A stretch of DNA of 63,187 bases, the filler included, from Octopus bimaculoides (taxonomy: Eukaryota): NCBI RefSeq assembly GCF_001194135.2. It is 4 parts of 4 records of this genome, joined end to end, with 100 filler letters (N's around TTAATTAATTAA, not from the genome) between each part and the next. Parts side by side here need not be neighbours in the genome. Positions count along the whole stretch, not along the records: positions 43,956 to 59,986 come from NC_068988.1; positions 60,087 to 63,187 come from NC_068983.1; 2 more parts are not named here. One strand, given 5' to 3'. The number at the start of each line of letters is the position of its first letter. Within the stretch, counting starts at the first letter, position 1. Made by a program: the position numbers and the translations under genes. This document shows positions 50,663-63,114 of this stretch, one piece after another. A model generated the notes under the pieces. It saw nothing but the letters and a program-made list of their open reading frames with translations, searched no databases and was not told the origin of the DNA.

Positions 50663-51418
50663 AGGAAGGTTCAACAATATGGTGGCGATGATGGCGTTGT
50701 TTGTTTAGATGTAGAACAATGAAACTGCCTTTCTTTTTCTTTTTACCATAAAAAAGCAAAACAGGTTTTCCTTTGCGCACGAAGATGCACGAAGTGATTA
50801 GTTTGTTATGACCGACATTTTGTAGAACAGCAGCACAGTTGTATATACACTCACCTACACACACACATACACACACACACACACATAAATACGTGCACAC
50901 CTATATATACCTGTGTGAGCGTGTGTGTTTTGGGTAAGACTTCCGACTGCATCCGGCAGTGGGGGACTTGGTACGGCAGTTCCAGGGTTTTTGAGGTGTG
51001 TGGAACCATCTCTTAGCCACCCTTGTTCCCTGGTCTGCTCTGGCACGGAGTACTAGCACCCGTTCGGGTCCTAATTAAGGGTTAACTATCATGTGAACCA
51101 CTGGCAGTGAAGGACCTTCTTGGACTCTCAGAACATTTGCATGGACTTTTTAAGTTTAGGAAGTGATCTTACTCAGTCACGATTTCCACTTTTTACGCGC
51201 GCACCCCACCACGCGTGCGCGTGTATATATGTATATACACTTAGGCGCGTGTACACACACACACACGCACACTCTCGCTTTCTCTCTCACACACACATGC
51301 ACACACAATCTTCTGTCCATGACACAAACGTAGAGACATAACTACAGAGCAGAAGGGTAAACACGACAAGTAGTTGGTTGAAGGAGGTAAAGAATCAGTA
51401 GATTTACATAGCCATATG

Positions 51419-51449
<31 letters not shown>

Positions 51450-51469
51450 GTGTGGGAGAATTTACGAAA

Positions 51470-51600
51470 AAAAACAACAGACGAAGACAGGTGGTGTAAA
51501 CAACAAATGGATGTATTAGTTTAACGCTCGGGAATAGAGAAAGTCTTTGACGTTTCGAGCCTACGCTCTTCAACTGAAAGGAACACAGAAAGAAATAAGG
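51470..51600 (-). mobile_element. Penelope-type pseudo-LTR fragment with a minimal hammerhead-like motif
   Basis: Minus strand cttt-CAGTTGAA-gagc gtag gctc-GAAA-cg-TC-aaag (51545-51580); homologous to 13545-13665. Confidence 0.55.
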
Positions 51601-52179
51601 AGAGAAACAAGGAGAAAAAAAAAAAGGAGAAAAAAATATAAATGTAGTGGTCAGCGATCTATCATATATATATGGATGGATGGATGGATGAACGAATGTG
51701 TGTGTTTGCAGAGCGGAAGGATATTTCAATAGAATGATGTATTTGATGTAACGTTCGAAGTACTTTCTGGAAAATGTTGTATTTTCTCTCTCTTGAATCA
51801 CTTCCTTGCTCTTCTCTGTTATTCGAGCTTAACGTTTCATCGAGAAACCATTAATTACGCTTTGTTTCCTCTCGACCTGGATTAAACTGTATGAAGATAT
51901 CGGCTTAAAAATAACACTAAATATGAAATAATATCAAATATTTCTGTGTAGCTGTTTTCTTTTCCTTTTCTATTTCATTTTGTTGTTTGCTTATATCAGG
52001 ACATTTATATTTACAATGTGATCTGGCGATGGAGAACACTAGGCTGCACATAAAAGACCAGTTTGGCATCAATATAAATCTGTTAATACCAGAAACATGA
52101 TTTAAGAACTGTCTATTGAAGTCTTAAAGTCATCGGTTATCGCTTTGAATGATGATATTCTTGCCGTTAAAACTTAAAC

Positions 52180-52900
52180 TCATCTAAGAATATGGATTTA
52201 TACATTATGATGTGTTGGAGTATTTGAAACAGTTTCTAGGTCTTGGATATGGTTGAACTAAGATTTTAGCCTTGCAATTCAACATCCAAAGATCTGCAAG
52301 AATCCGTCTTCTCATCCATTTTTCGAAGATAATTCCAGCATCAGTTTTCTACTCCTCCACAAAAACTTTCACATAGTTTCATACGCAGATCATATCAATC
52401 CCATAATCCTATCATTCTCTCAGACACAACTGCGCAGCCGTTCCAACTTTACGTTAATCACCAGCTGCAGGTGCGTGGCTTAGCAGTTAGAAGTATTTGG
52501 CTCACGATCGTATGGTTATGAGCTCGATTCCCGGCAGCGCGTTCGTCCTTGAACGTGACATTTATTCCACGCTGCTCCAGACCATTCACCTGGCAAAAAT
52601 GAGTAGTACCTATATTTCAAAGGGCCACCTTTGTCACATTTCGTGCCACGCTAAATCTCCTCGTGCAATTTGTACGTTAATTTCATGAGCAGGCTGTTCC
52701 GTTGATTGGATCAACTTGAAGCATCGCCGTCGTAAGCAACGGAGTTGCCAGTTATGTTAATCACCGAGAAACTTTGCTCCAAATAGTAGCAGCATCAGTT
52801 TCCTCACTCGTCACCCCTCATCAACCACCCTGCTGGGATACACACCACCAATAAGGAACGCGGAAGGGCCGCATCTATCGAACTGTGACACAGTCCACCC
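52180..52900 (-). mobile_element. Highly decayed RTE LINE 3' region interrupted by a SINE
   Basis: Minus strand KMDEKTDSCRSLDVE...RPRN resembles RTE C-terminal RMDE..CR...EG.RGRGRP. Confidence 0.45.
52467..52750 (+). mobile_element. SINE family A with a 10-bp target-site duplication
   Basis: Family A head and body; gttaatcacc at 52453-52462 and 52756-52765. Confidence 0.85.
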
Positions 52901-53486
52901 TCTCTACGATTACTTCCAGAATCTACTCGAATCTCTTTTCGGTCGCTCTACCTGTTAGAAATCGCAGCCAAATGTCTTTCAAATCTCACCCTAACATTAC
53001 AGAAAAAAAACCCAGAAAAAGAAATTGAATATGTTTCTGGGTGTACCATGCGTGGGGAGAAAAGTTGGAGAGGTCACACTTGGAATGCGTTTGATAATAA
53101 AGTCTGTTGGATCATGGTTGACTTGTGGCTGAACAATAACTAATTGTACTGAAGTCGACGTTCAGACGGTACTTCAAACGACAGAAGTAGCTTAATATAT
53201 CTTAGAGCAAAACATCTGTGATTTGAATCTGATTGTTCGCCCATCGTGCCGTAGATCTGCTCATTAAGGACTAATATAAGGCTGCACAATAACTATTATG
53301 ATTTCAAACATTTCTTTTATAGAAGGGGTCTGGGGAAAAGATCTTTGTGTTCCGTCTATGATCTTGTTAAACATTTAATTGACTTTGGAGAAGTACTTTA
53401 CATTGGGGCAACATAATTATTCTTGTGAAATCGACCGACTCAAATCTTGTTACTGCATAATCGCACTTACTATATGTCGACCTGAA

Positions 53487-54059
53487 TCCTTCGTGAGCCG
53501 GCGGGGGTCCCTTGGGTCCCCAGGAGATTTTAAAGTTATGCAAATTTTACATTTAAATGATTTTATATCTCATGACTTTTATTCTCAATAGTTTATATAT
53601 GCACAGACAAATTTTGAGTTAAAAGTTTCCAGTCCAATGGATGTTGTAGCATAAAATATGGTCATGGGGTCCAACTGGACCCCATTGGCCTTCTGGGAAT
53701 TTTTTTCTGTTCTTTCTTCAGATATTCTGATGAACTATAAATCAATTTTCTTTGTGTTTGTACTGGTATGAATCGATATACTAAATAATTTTGTTTTATT
53801 TTAGATTTAGTGCTAAATGTATAGGTTTATTTCAGTCAATAAATTGTATTGTAATTCCCCTCCGTTAAACGCTAATAATTACAAATATACACCTATAAAA
53901 TGCTAAATTTCTTGTTCTGTATCATGCACTCACACATATATACAAGATTAAACAAATATTACTTTATGGATAGTGCGGAAATGCGCAGAAATAAAAGAGG
54001 GTACTTCGGTACCCCAATGGCCTTTTGTGTAATTCCAATCCCGCCGGCCCACAAAAGGA
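53487..54059. mobile_element. piggyBac-like MITE
   Basis: TIRs tccttcgtgagccggcggg / cccgccggcccacaaaagga; right flank TTAA, left flank TGAA; three internal palindromes of the GGGGTC..GACCCC type. Confidence 0.65.
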
Positions 54060-54324
54060 TTAAGTGAAATTGGGTTTAAGAGAACTGTGTAGAAGTCTGT
54101 TTGGTAGATTGTAATTCAAAGGGTGGCCAGCAGCGTTGTAACGCTGATTCTCCATGAGAATAATGTTAAGGGTACACGTCTGTGGAATACTCAGCCAGTT
54201 ACACATAAATTCAGGAGCAGATAATTCAGTTCATCAAACATCTGAATCCTCATTGTTTAACGACGGAGATCCACCATTCACCAGATATAGCTTATAGAAT
54301 ATTTTGTAATAACATTAGTTGCAG

Positions 54325-54540
54325 AGGTAAGGCAGTGAGCTGGCAGATTCGTTAGCGTCGCTGGGGAAAATGTTTTCGGCCGGCTTTACGCTCCGAGTTC
54401 AAATTCTACCGAGGTCGAATTTACCTTTCATCCTTTCGGGGGTCGATAAAATAAATACCATTTGTGCACTGGGGTCGATGTAATCGACTTAATCCGTACC
54501 CCACAAAATTGCTGGCCTTGTGCAAAATTTGAAACCAATG
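54325..54540 (+). mobile_element. SINE family C
   Basis: gagctggcag...gagttcaaattc...ctttcatcctttcgggggtcgataaaat...ggggtcgatgtaatcgact; partial copies at about 960-1085, 2160-2345, 21360-21460, 49915-50010 and 57895-58290. Confidence 0.8.
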
Positions 54541-54979
54541 TTAGTGTCAAGATTAAATTCCCTCTCTCCCTCTCCCTGTCCCTCTTTGGTCCAACATCCG
54601 ACCTTTCCTCTCTCTCCCTATCCTCCTCCCCTCCTCCTTCCTCTCCTTCTGTTTAAGCTAATGATTGATCATTCAGCCTCAGATTAATGTCTTTCGGTTT
54701 TGTGGCTGAAATCTTAAATATATTGTTTTTAAAATTCTATTTCGCAATTAAGAATATAATTTGTAATTAACGTTTACAATTAATGAAAATAAACAATAAC
54801 ATATTAATTACTCTATTGAATACGAAATATTGATTTGTTTCAAAAGTAGAATGGTCGGTTGGTAATTTTTACATGCAATTTCATCAAGTGATTGATAAAA
54901 TATCGAACTGTATCTCTCTTTAGACATACGCTATCTTGTGTTGATTTAGTAAATCAATAACGCAACCGCTGCATCGTTT

Positions 54980-55114
54980 ATGACGTCGCTTTTAATAATC
55001 ATTCTGTTGCTGCCGTACCTCGGTGCAGCAAATAATACACAAGTCGAAACTGGAACCGGAGGTGAAGAGATTATTGGCCACTTTGAATGGTTATACCCAT
55101 TCCAAAAGCATTAA
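54980..55114 (+). CDS. Speculative 44-aa ORF with a signal-peptide-like N-terminus
   Basis: MTSLLIIILLLPYLGAANNTQVETGTGGEEIIGHFEWLYPFQKH*, in non-repetitive sequence; no homology recognised. Confidence 0.12.
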   Translation: MTSLLIIILLLPYLGAANNTQVETGTGGEEIIGHFEWLYPFQKH

Positions 55115-55214
55115 TGTAAATTACTGGCACCAACTGAAGATTACAAGCTTGTGCACAGGGATTCCGAGAGAACTTTTGAATTTTGCAATTTAAAACAAAA
55201 TTATTTGCTACCCA

Positions 55215-55592
55215 AGGTGTTTGACTGCGGCCATGCTGGGGCACCACCTTGAAGGGTTTTGGTCGAACAAATTGACCTCAGTACTTATCTTTTTGAAGCC
55301 TGATACTTATTCTATCAGTCTCTTTTGCTGAACTGCTGTGTTATGGGGATGTAAACAGACCAACACTGGTTGTCAAGCGGTGGGAGGGTACAAACATAGA
55401 CACAAAGACACACACACACATCACATATACATATACGTATATTCGATGGGTTTCTTTCAGTTTCCGTCTACCAAATCCGCTCATATGGCTTTGGTCGGCC
55501 TGAGGCTATAGTAGAAGACACTTGCCCATGGGACTGAACCCGGAACCATGTGACTGGGAAGCAAGCTTCTTACCTCACAGCCACACCTGCGC
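55215..55592 (-). mobile_element. SINE family B copy
   Basis: Family B modules on the minus strand. Confidence 0.85.
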
Positions 55593-56064
55593 TTATGGTA
55601 AATAAAATTCTCAGGAAGATAAAGAAAAAAAAAATAAAAGCTTTAGAAAGATAACGAGGACCTTTGCGTAAAAGTTCATAACTGTTCGTGACAACTATTT
55701 ATCATAAAATAAACTGTATCTCTATCCTTTAAATGTCTTAGAGATTTTGTGGCTTGTTACTGTCATTTGTTGTTTGCGAAGAATTTACGTCTGAAAGAAC
55801 ACAAGCGAAATGATTGTGTAACTAACTGACACTATTCAAACATGGATTTAATCTTGGAACAAAGGAAAGAAACGTAGGCGCAGGGCTTTTAGTATTTACC
55901 GACATTGCTGCGTTGTTGTATTATAGTGTTTAGTACCTTATCGTGAGAATGGTTTTAGTCCCTTGGCAGGGTTTTATGCATAACTTCTTTTAATGTAACT
56001 TTCTGAAAAAAAAAAAGAAAAAAATAGAAATGGAGGGCAGTCCTATCTCCATGTTATTAAGTGC

Positions 56065-57982
56065 CATTTGAACACTGGGGTCGATGTAATGTTATCTCTA
56101 CATCGGCCTTCTCAAAATTGCTGGCATTGTGCGAAAATTAGAAAGAATTTTACTGTACTCACTTTACATAATAAATGTACGAAGAAAACTTCCTGGACAA
56201 CGGAAAACCCACGATAGCCGTGGTGAAGAGTAAATCCATTAGCTTTAAATTGAAATCAGGACAGAAAGGACAAGGGAAACAACTCCGAAATTCAAAATAA
56301 TTGAAACTTCAACGATGACATACTGTGGAGAGTGGAGCTTTATCGTCAAATGCATTGGCAACTCCAAACAGATTTCGTGAGCAGCGGATAAAGGGTGGTC
56401 ACCATACCCTGGTGCTGACATCTCTCTCATCCATTCGAAAAAAGAAAAGAAAAAAAGAAAAGTCTTTGGAATGGCAGAAAGGATGATAGGCTAATAGCGT
56501 TAATATTGGTTTGATGAAGTCTGTGAGTTTTATGGATTAAAGAAATTGATTTCCGATGTCAGATTTAGAAATAGAGGGAAGAGATTTGTGAATATCGTTG
56601 TTGTTGTTGGTTAGCTCAGACTCAGCTCTGATAGGACAAGCCTATGATCAAAGGCATTCCAGCCGTGACAATCGACCCGAGTACTTCACGGAGAGTACGT
56701 GGCCTGGTGAACAAAATTGTTGAGATCACAACTACAATATTGTGGATTCGGTTCCTGGACCGAGTGGTGCGTTGTGGCCTTGAGCAAGATCTCATTTCAC
56801 GTTGCTCCATTCTACTCAGCTAAAAATGAGTGTTTCCCCCTTTGCCCCCTCTCTCCAGCTGTCACACCCTCTATTGGGTCAAGGGTAGAAATGCCGAGAG
56901 GGTCCCTATGTCTGTTCATGACTACACACACAGCTAAAGCAATTGGTGTAAGAATGGTACACGTTACCATGTCATGCTCGCTTGCGAGTGACGGCTGAGC
57001 CTTTAACTTAACTAGTACTTTATTTTATTGACCCCCCCCCCCAGACGGGAACAAGGCAAAGTGGACCTCGACGGGAATTAAACTCCTGACGTAAAGAGCC
57101 TGAACAAATCTACAAATTCTACTAATCCAGTGAACTCTTGGAATGCTTGGAATCGAATATATCAGTTCCTTTCTTCAGATGTGTCATTTTCTACCTACCC
57201 TGCATTTGTAATGAAGAATTATGGTTTATCTAAGAATTTGTTCTTCCTAAAATTTGGAGAAGCAGAACGTTTTCGTCGAGATAAGCAATTTGTCTTGTAT
57301 TTCTTGATGTCTGGGCGTTAATTTGAAGACGTGAAAAATGTCTGTTTAATACTGGAAGGTGTTATTGATAACCGGAGAAATTTTAGTATTTCAAACTATT
57401 TCTCAGGCGTTATTCGGTTCATCTGGAATATAATATTCTTCAATAGATAATAGCGACTCTTAAAGAACAAGAATGTTTTGAATTTCGTAATAAAATTTAT
57501 ATATTTCACATATATTTTACAACAAAGAAAAGGCATCAGGAGATAACGGACGTAACAATTTGATTATAAGCAGTCGTAGAACAATTTACACTTGGAAGAT
57601 CTTTGATAAAACAAACTTTGCCCGTCATTGTTTCTTTGTCAATTTGGTAAATATTCTAACCGGCAGAAACGGTTTGTGAAATAAATTCTGATAACTACCA
57701 ACTTATGTCTGAGAATGATACCAAATTTAAAGAAACTTGCGGAAAACTGAGTTGAATTATCTATGGCTCAACACAAGTAAATGCAATAAACTCCCCCCAA
57801 TTAACGGCAACTTTCCATTCGATGTGCCGCTATCGTGGGTTTTCCGTTGTCCAGGAAGTTTTCTTCATACATTTATTACGTAAAGTGAGGACAGTAAAAT
57901 TACTTCTAATATTCGCACAAAGCCAGCAATTAAGAGAAGGTCGATGTAAAGATGACATTACATCGACCCCAGTGTTCAAATG
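56065..57982. repeat. Inverted duplication, arms 56065-56218 and 57829-57982
   Basis: The arms are highly similar reverse complements and include non-SINE sequence (gaagaaaacttcctggacaacggaaaacccacgatagc). Confidence 0.9.
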
Positions 57983-58290
57983 ACATCTTGTTGTCCTCGA
58001 AAGAATGAAAAGCAATTTCGACCTCGGTGGCATTTGAACTCAGAATGTAAAGAGCCAGAAGGAATGCTTCTTAGCAGTTTGCCCGATAAGCTAAAGATTC
58101 TGCCACCTAGCCGCTTACAATAACAATCCTTTCTACCATAGGCACAAGGCCTGGATTTTGTGGGGAGGGGGACAGTCGATCATATTGACCCCAAGTACTC
58201 AACTGGTACTTAATTTATCGACCCCGAAAGGAGGAAAGGCAAAATCGACTTAGGCAGAATTTGAACTCAGAACGTAATGGCGGGCGAAAT
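57895..58290 (-). mobile_element. Two adjacent SINE family C copies
   Basis: Repeated gaatttgaactcagaa / cgaccccgaaagga.gaaaggcaaa modules. Confidence 0.7.
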
Positions 58291-59323
58291 ACTGCCAAGA
58301 ATGCGCTAAGTAGGGCAACGTGGGTGGGAAGGGGAAGGTTGAGGGTGATGATTAATTTTTCTTTAAATGAAAGGTTTTTCTAAATTCTAGAAGCAGATGT
58401 TTTCCGGCAGTTTTCTATTATTTTCGGAAGTTTATGGTTTAACAACGAAGTTTTACTGGCTTTGGTAATATTGTTTCGCTCTCTTCCTCTTTTCTGTTTA
58501 AGCAAACAAAATGTGTGAAGCTGACTGCTTGCTGTTTCTTAAATGGTAAAATGCACAAATGCACATATGGCATTAACAAGTGCACTTAGCTAATTACTAG
58601 TCTGTCTTCCAAGCATAAATATGTATGCAAAAACGTATGTGTGTGTATATGTTTCGCATATGCTCTTTGCTGCTTTGCGCAGTTGCTTTCAGAAACACGT
58701 ACACACGCTACCACACACACACTGAGACGTTTTCGTGTTCGTACGATTCGTCACTGTGTGTGATCTTCTGGGGTCAAGTTCGAGGACGTTTCCTTTTTTT
58801 TTTCTCTGTAGATGTTTTGACAATAATTAATTTCAACAAAACACAGAGTTTATCTCTCTAATGAGGTTTAAAGCTATCACAATATTAAACGCAGGTTTCA
58901 ATTATGATATCAAATGCTGTTTCCCAACTGAACATTTATTTAATCAAGGTGTCGTCAGAGAGCTGTGTGTAAAGTTACTTCGTGCGAGCACCGTTGGATT
59001 GTGGTAAGCCCTTAGTATACAAAAACTGGAATGCAGGTTCGATTCTCGGTTGGGGAATTCGATTCCATTTACTCTTTCTGATTACGGTTTCTATCCTTAG
59101 TCACTCGGTTTAACAATTCCACCCGACCCTGGGGTGCCTTTAGTGGAGTCCACTCTATTGCGATTAATTGGTTAGGTTCCTGGATCCTCTCTTCTACCTC
59201 TGAGTCATTCAAAATTAATAGAATAGTTCGTTTTAGGAACGGTGAATCTTGAAGCAAATAAAGCCATAAATAACAGCGTGTAAATATTAGGTTAAAAACC
59301 CTTTGGATAGAAAATAGGTCGAA

Positions 59324-59396
59324 GGCTGCTCGTGGGACTCGAACGTACATCGCTTGGTCCTATGACAGGCGTTCTACCATTGGATCGAAGCAATCC
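59324..59396 (-). pseudogene. Degenerate tRNA-like sequence (pseudogene or solo SINE head)
   Basis: Minus strand ggattgct..caatggtagaac..gttcgagtcccac gagcagcc: A/B boxes and a partial acceptor stem; anticodon and T stems are broken. Confidence 0.45.
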
Positions 59397-59986
59397 ATCA
59401 AATTTCCTCGTTTATTTAAAAATCTTCATTCTTACGAGCGAGAATTCTAAGTCGTTGACGTCATCGGAATTTAGAAACGCGAAATCTTTTGAAATTTGCA
59501 GGGGGAAGATCGAAAGTAAAATGAGATTGTGTGATGTTCATGCCCTTCTCTAGGACATGAAAGAAGAAAGTGAAGTAAAATAGTTGCAACTGGGAATCGA
59601 TACCATATCATCAGATTATTAAGCGGAAGTCGATCGTGTACTCTACTTTCTTGAGTACGGATTCTTCAGAAGTTAACAGTAAGTTAGTCTCGTTTCCTTG
59701 TTTGCTTTTATTCCTCCGACTCCAACCGTAACAGTAATTTGAAATACGGTCTGAAGTGCACAGATGGGGGTGATGTTGGGGACGGTAGTGATGATGGTGG
59801 TGGGGCCGCGGGGTGGGAGGGAATGATGAATAGAATCCATTAATAGCAGGCATTTTTTTTTATATAAAAAAAGTCAAATCGTAAACAAAACAATGTGTAT
59901 GTATATATACATGTCTGTATGTGTATGTGTATATACGTATTTTTATATATATATATACGCGTATATTTCCCTGTTTTTCTCTCTCT

Positions 59987-60086
59987 NNNNNNNNNNNNNN
60001 NNNNNNNNNNNNNNNNNNNNNNNNNNNNNNTTAATTAATTAANNNNNNNNNNNNNNNNNNNNNNNNNNNNNNNNNNNNNNNNNNNN
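59987..60086. other. Artificial scaffold-join spacer N44-TTAATTAATTAA-N44
   Basis: Identical 100-bp block. Confidence 0.95.
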
Positions 60087-60239
60087 ATGTATGTATGTAT
60101 GTATGTATGTATGTATGTATGTATGTATGTATGTATGTATGTGTGAGTGTGTGTATGTATGAGTGTGTGTATTGTTATATTTATATGTTAGGTTTATTCA
60201 GTCATATTTCTAAATAAATCCTTATGCAGTCAGAAGATG

Positions 60240-61900
60240 TATCATACTTGTGCCTTCATCTGAAATACAGGTAATGGCATGAAGTTACGTGGATGCATCT
60301 ATCTGCTAAGATATGATAGACAGACAAATAACCATGCGGAGACCAGCAACCAGAATTCCTCGATAAATATGTTTTGCTACACTTTCCTTCAATTCTTGCC
60401 TTCCCAAGTCACACAGTTTACAATTTCTGAACAGCAGTTAAATAACATCAAAAGCAATTCCACTCTAGAGTGACATATCTTTAGCGAATGTGCATTTCTT
60501 CTACATACATTCTCTTGTGAACCCTGAAACAACAAAAAATGACATTCTATACAATGAATATCGTGATCTCAATCTGACACACATGTGTACACGGTTACTT
60601 TCATGCGTGAGTGAATTCTAAAGCAATAACACAATTACTACCACAAACCAAATAAAATCTTCCAACAATAACTTTCTATCAACCTACACCCTACAAACAT
60701 ACTCATTTTCTCTTCCATTGCTCTTCCTATACACTCTAAACCTAATTATCATTTCACATAGTTCTCCCTGCTCCAGACAAACAACTTGCCGAAGACTATG
60801 TAAGCGTAGTACAGTATGAAAAAGATGTAGTAAGCCAAAAGTTTGAAGTCATTGTCATACAAAAGTCGAATAAACATGTACTCTACTAAAACGTTTTGAG
60901 TAATCTTTCAGTTTATTGTTAAATTGCATTGATACACATGTCGATGGAAAACAAACGCTTATACACTCAGACATCTTAATATCTGCGCAATCGGTGAATT
61001 CTTGTTCTTTAAATTAATCTATCTTTAAAAAAGTGTTTTATGGTCGGCCAGCAATGCATTTTCTTCAATTAAGTATTTTACCTATATTTCATCAGACTCA
61101 CATTTCAGCAATGTTTTATTTTCTCTCAAAATATGTATTTGCTATTCAGCCAGTCATGTCTTTGGTTGTTTGTAACGTCTCATAATTCTTTTTCTTTCTA
61201 GTAGTCAACCACGTTTAGCTGTAATATTACATTATTCTTTTCGACTGTGACATCCTATAATTTTATCTCTAATTTGTCATCATTCTGTTTCTCTGTCATA
61301 TCCTCAAATATTTCTATTTCTTTAGACCGTTTGCCTGTAATACTCGACTCGTTCTTTCTATTAGATTATGCTTAAGTCCTTCATTTACTCCTCTTCTCTT
61401 ATTATTTTCACCACTCCTACCACACATTTTCCTGTTTTCCCATATTTCTTTTTCTCCTGTTATCTATTATCTTCTCTAACTCTATAATTCTTTTGCTGCT
61501 TCATCTGCCATTTAAGTTATTTCTCAGACCATAACGTAGTCAAGTTGACAATACACAGCCTTGGTAAACTACAGATATACACTCAACATAGAACACACGA
61601 ACACCATTTGCAATTTCACCAGCCAATGATCCGAAGCGAATCAGACTCTGCGAATTTTAACCGAGCACATGGTCCAACGAATGAATTTGCCGTTGTACAA
61701 CATCGGCCTGCCTCTGCAGGTATTGATTTACAAACCTACAGACTTGTTCCGATTGATACCCTCGTCACTACACTCTTTGTACCCTGCCAGTGTGAGGTCG
61801 ACAAAAGCGTCAAACACCATGAGAATAATGTTACCCGCGTAGGAATCTCAGGGAGTAGCGTCCCTCCCTTCCTGAGCTAGTTTTCCACCACATTTCTTAA
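60240..61900 (-). mobile_element. Old RTE-like LINE (APE endonuclease to start of RT), heavily decayed
   Basis: Minus-strand motifs IILMVFDAF (GDFNA-like), SDHWLV, QLDYVMV, HDWLN and IYRGILV (NYRGISLL-like). Confidence 0.6.
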
Positions 61901-62035
61901 GAATCGTAGTAGAGGCCTTGGTCTCGGGACCACTCATGTCTAGAAACTGAGGTTGGGGATAAGCAAGGCATGCTCCCCGTAGAAAATCCAGCTCCAAAAG
62001 GTCTCATGATCACAAAGCAGAATGGGCACCAGCCA

Positions 62036-62066
<31 letters not shown>

Positions 62067-62192
62067 CAAAGTTTGGGGTGGGCTGCACCTGCCTACCTCA
62101 GTTGCTATGGTATTGAGGTAGATCCGGCCACCCTCATTAACAGGGACAAAACCCGGATTTAAAAAAAACACTAGATGACGATGATGATATAT

Positions 62193-62245
<53 letters not shown>

Positions 62246-62289
62246 ATCATTTTCGGATTGAGTTTTCGATGTTAAAAACTTCCCTGAAG

Positions 62290-62850
62290 TGGTATCTTAC
62301 TTTGATATTGCTGTTTCTTGTAGCGATCGAGCGTCTAAAGACAAGACCAAAACCGACAGCTCTTGTGGCAGTCATCACCAAGTAACGATGGCCAATCTTA
62401 TAAAACATTTTGTATTGATCCAGAACCTCGATAAGGATAAATACATTCCTGATCTATTCCACAATGAATTGTGTCAAGTGATTTCCCAAAATAAATCTGT
62501 CATGTATCGGACAGGTTTGTGCTTTACCAACTACATATCGATGGCAAACGCCCGCCTTTTGGCGATCACCTTTTCCAATATCTTTAATTCAGTGTTGGGC
62601 AAACTTATAGGTCTGAAGTTTTATAACACGTTTTCCTCGTTCGGGACCTCCCTTAGCAAAGTTACCACGCCCCAGCTCACGTGACTGTAAGTACTCTCAG
62701 TCTGCTACCACACGCAGTCGACCGCAACCAAGACCAGAGTCAAGAACGCTAGGATGTGGAAATGGAGCTGGTTGGGGGGGGGACTGTTTGATCTTTGTGA
62801 TTATCCAATCCGTGGATGTCTTTAGCCGACTATACTAAAGTATAGCGACG
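62290..62850 (-). mobile_element. L1/Tx1-like LINE reverse transcriptase fragment
   Basis: Minus strand GVVTLLREVPNEENVL*NFRPISLPNTELKILEKVIAKR...LDQYKMFYKIGHRYL..AVGFG.VFR, matching NFRPISLLN.D.KILAK and LDQ.KAFDRVDH. Confidence 0.85.
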
Positions 62851-63083
62851 AGGAATCCAATTTCAGGGTAACATCCCCTACCACAACTCTCAGAGAACCT
62901 GAAAAGTTAGCCTCAGGTGCTGACCCCATCTCTCTCTTGCTTAACGGTCAACGATAGCTATTAGCAGCGATACTTTCTCTCAGGCCGTTTACAATATATA
63001 ACATAATATTGTCCGTAATTACTTCATATACAACAGAGTACTTGACGAGTGATTTGTCTGTCCTTCCCAACACTACAACAATG

Positions 63084-63114
<31 letters not shown>

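Noticed and set aside
59324-59396. tRNA-like sequence with TCA in the putative anticodon loop (tRNA-Sec or suppressor?)
   Set aside because: The anticodon stem has only 2 pairs, the T stem is broken and there is no long variable arm; a decayed tRNA or SINE head.
60300-60530. Strong splice acceptor on the minus strand suggesting a host exon
   Set aside because: The downstream sequence carries an NYRGISLL-like RT motif and belongs to a decayed RTE LINE.
62289-62684. 131-aa plus-strand ORF
   Set aside because: It is the antisense shadow of an L1/Tx1 RT fragment on the minus strand.
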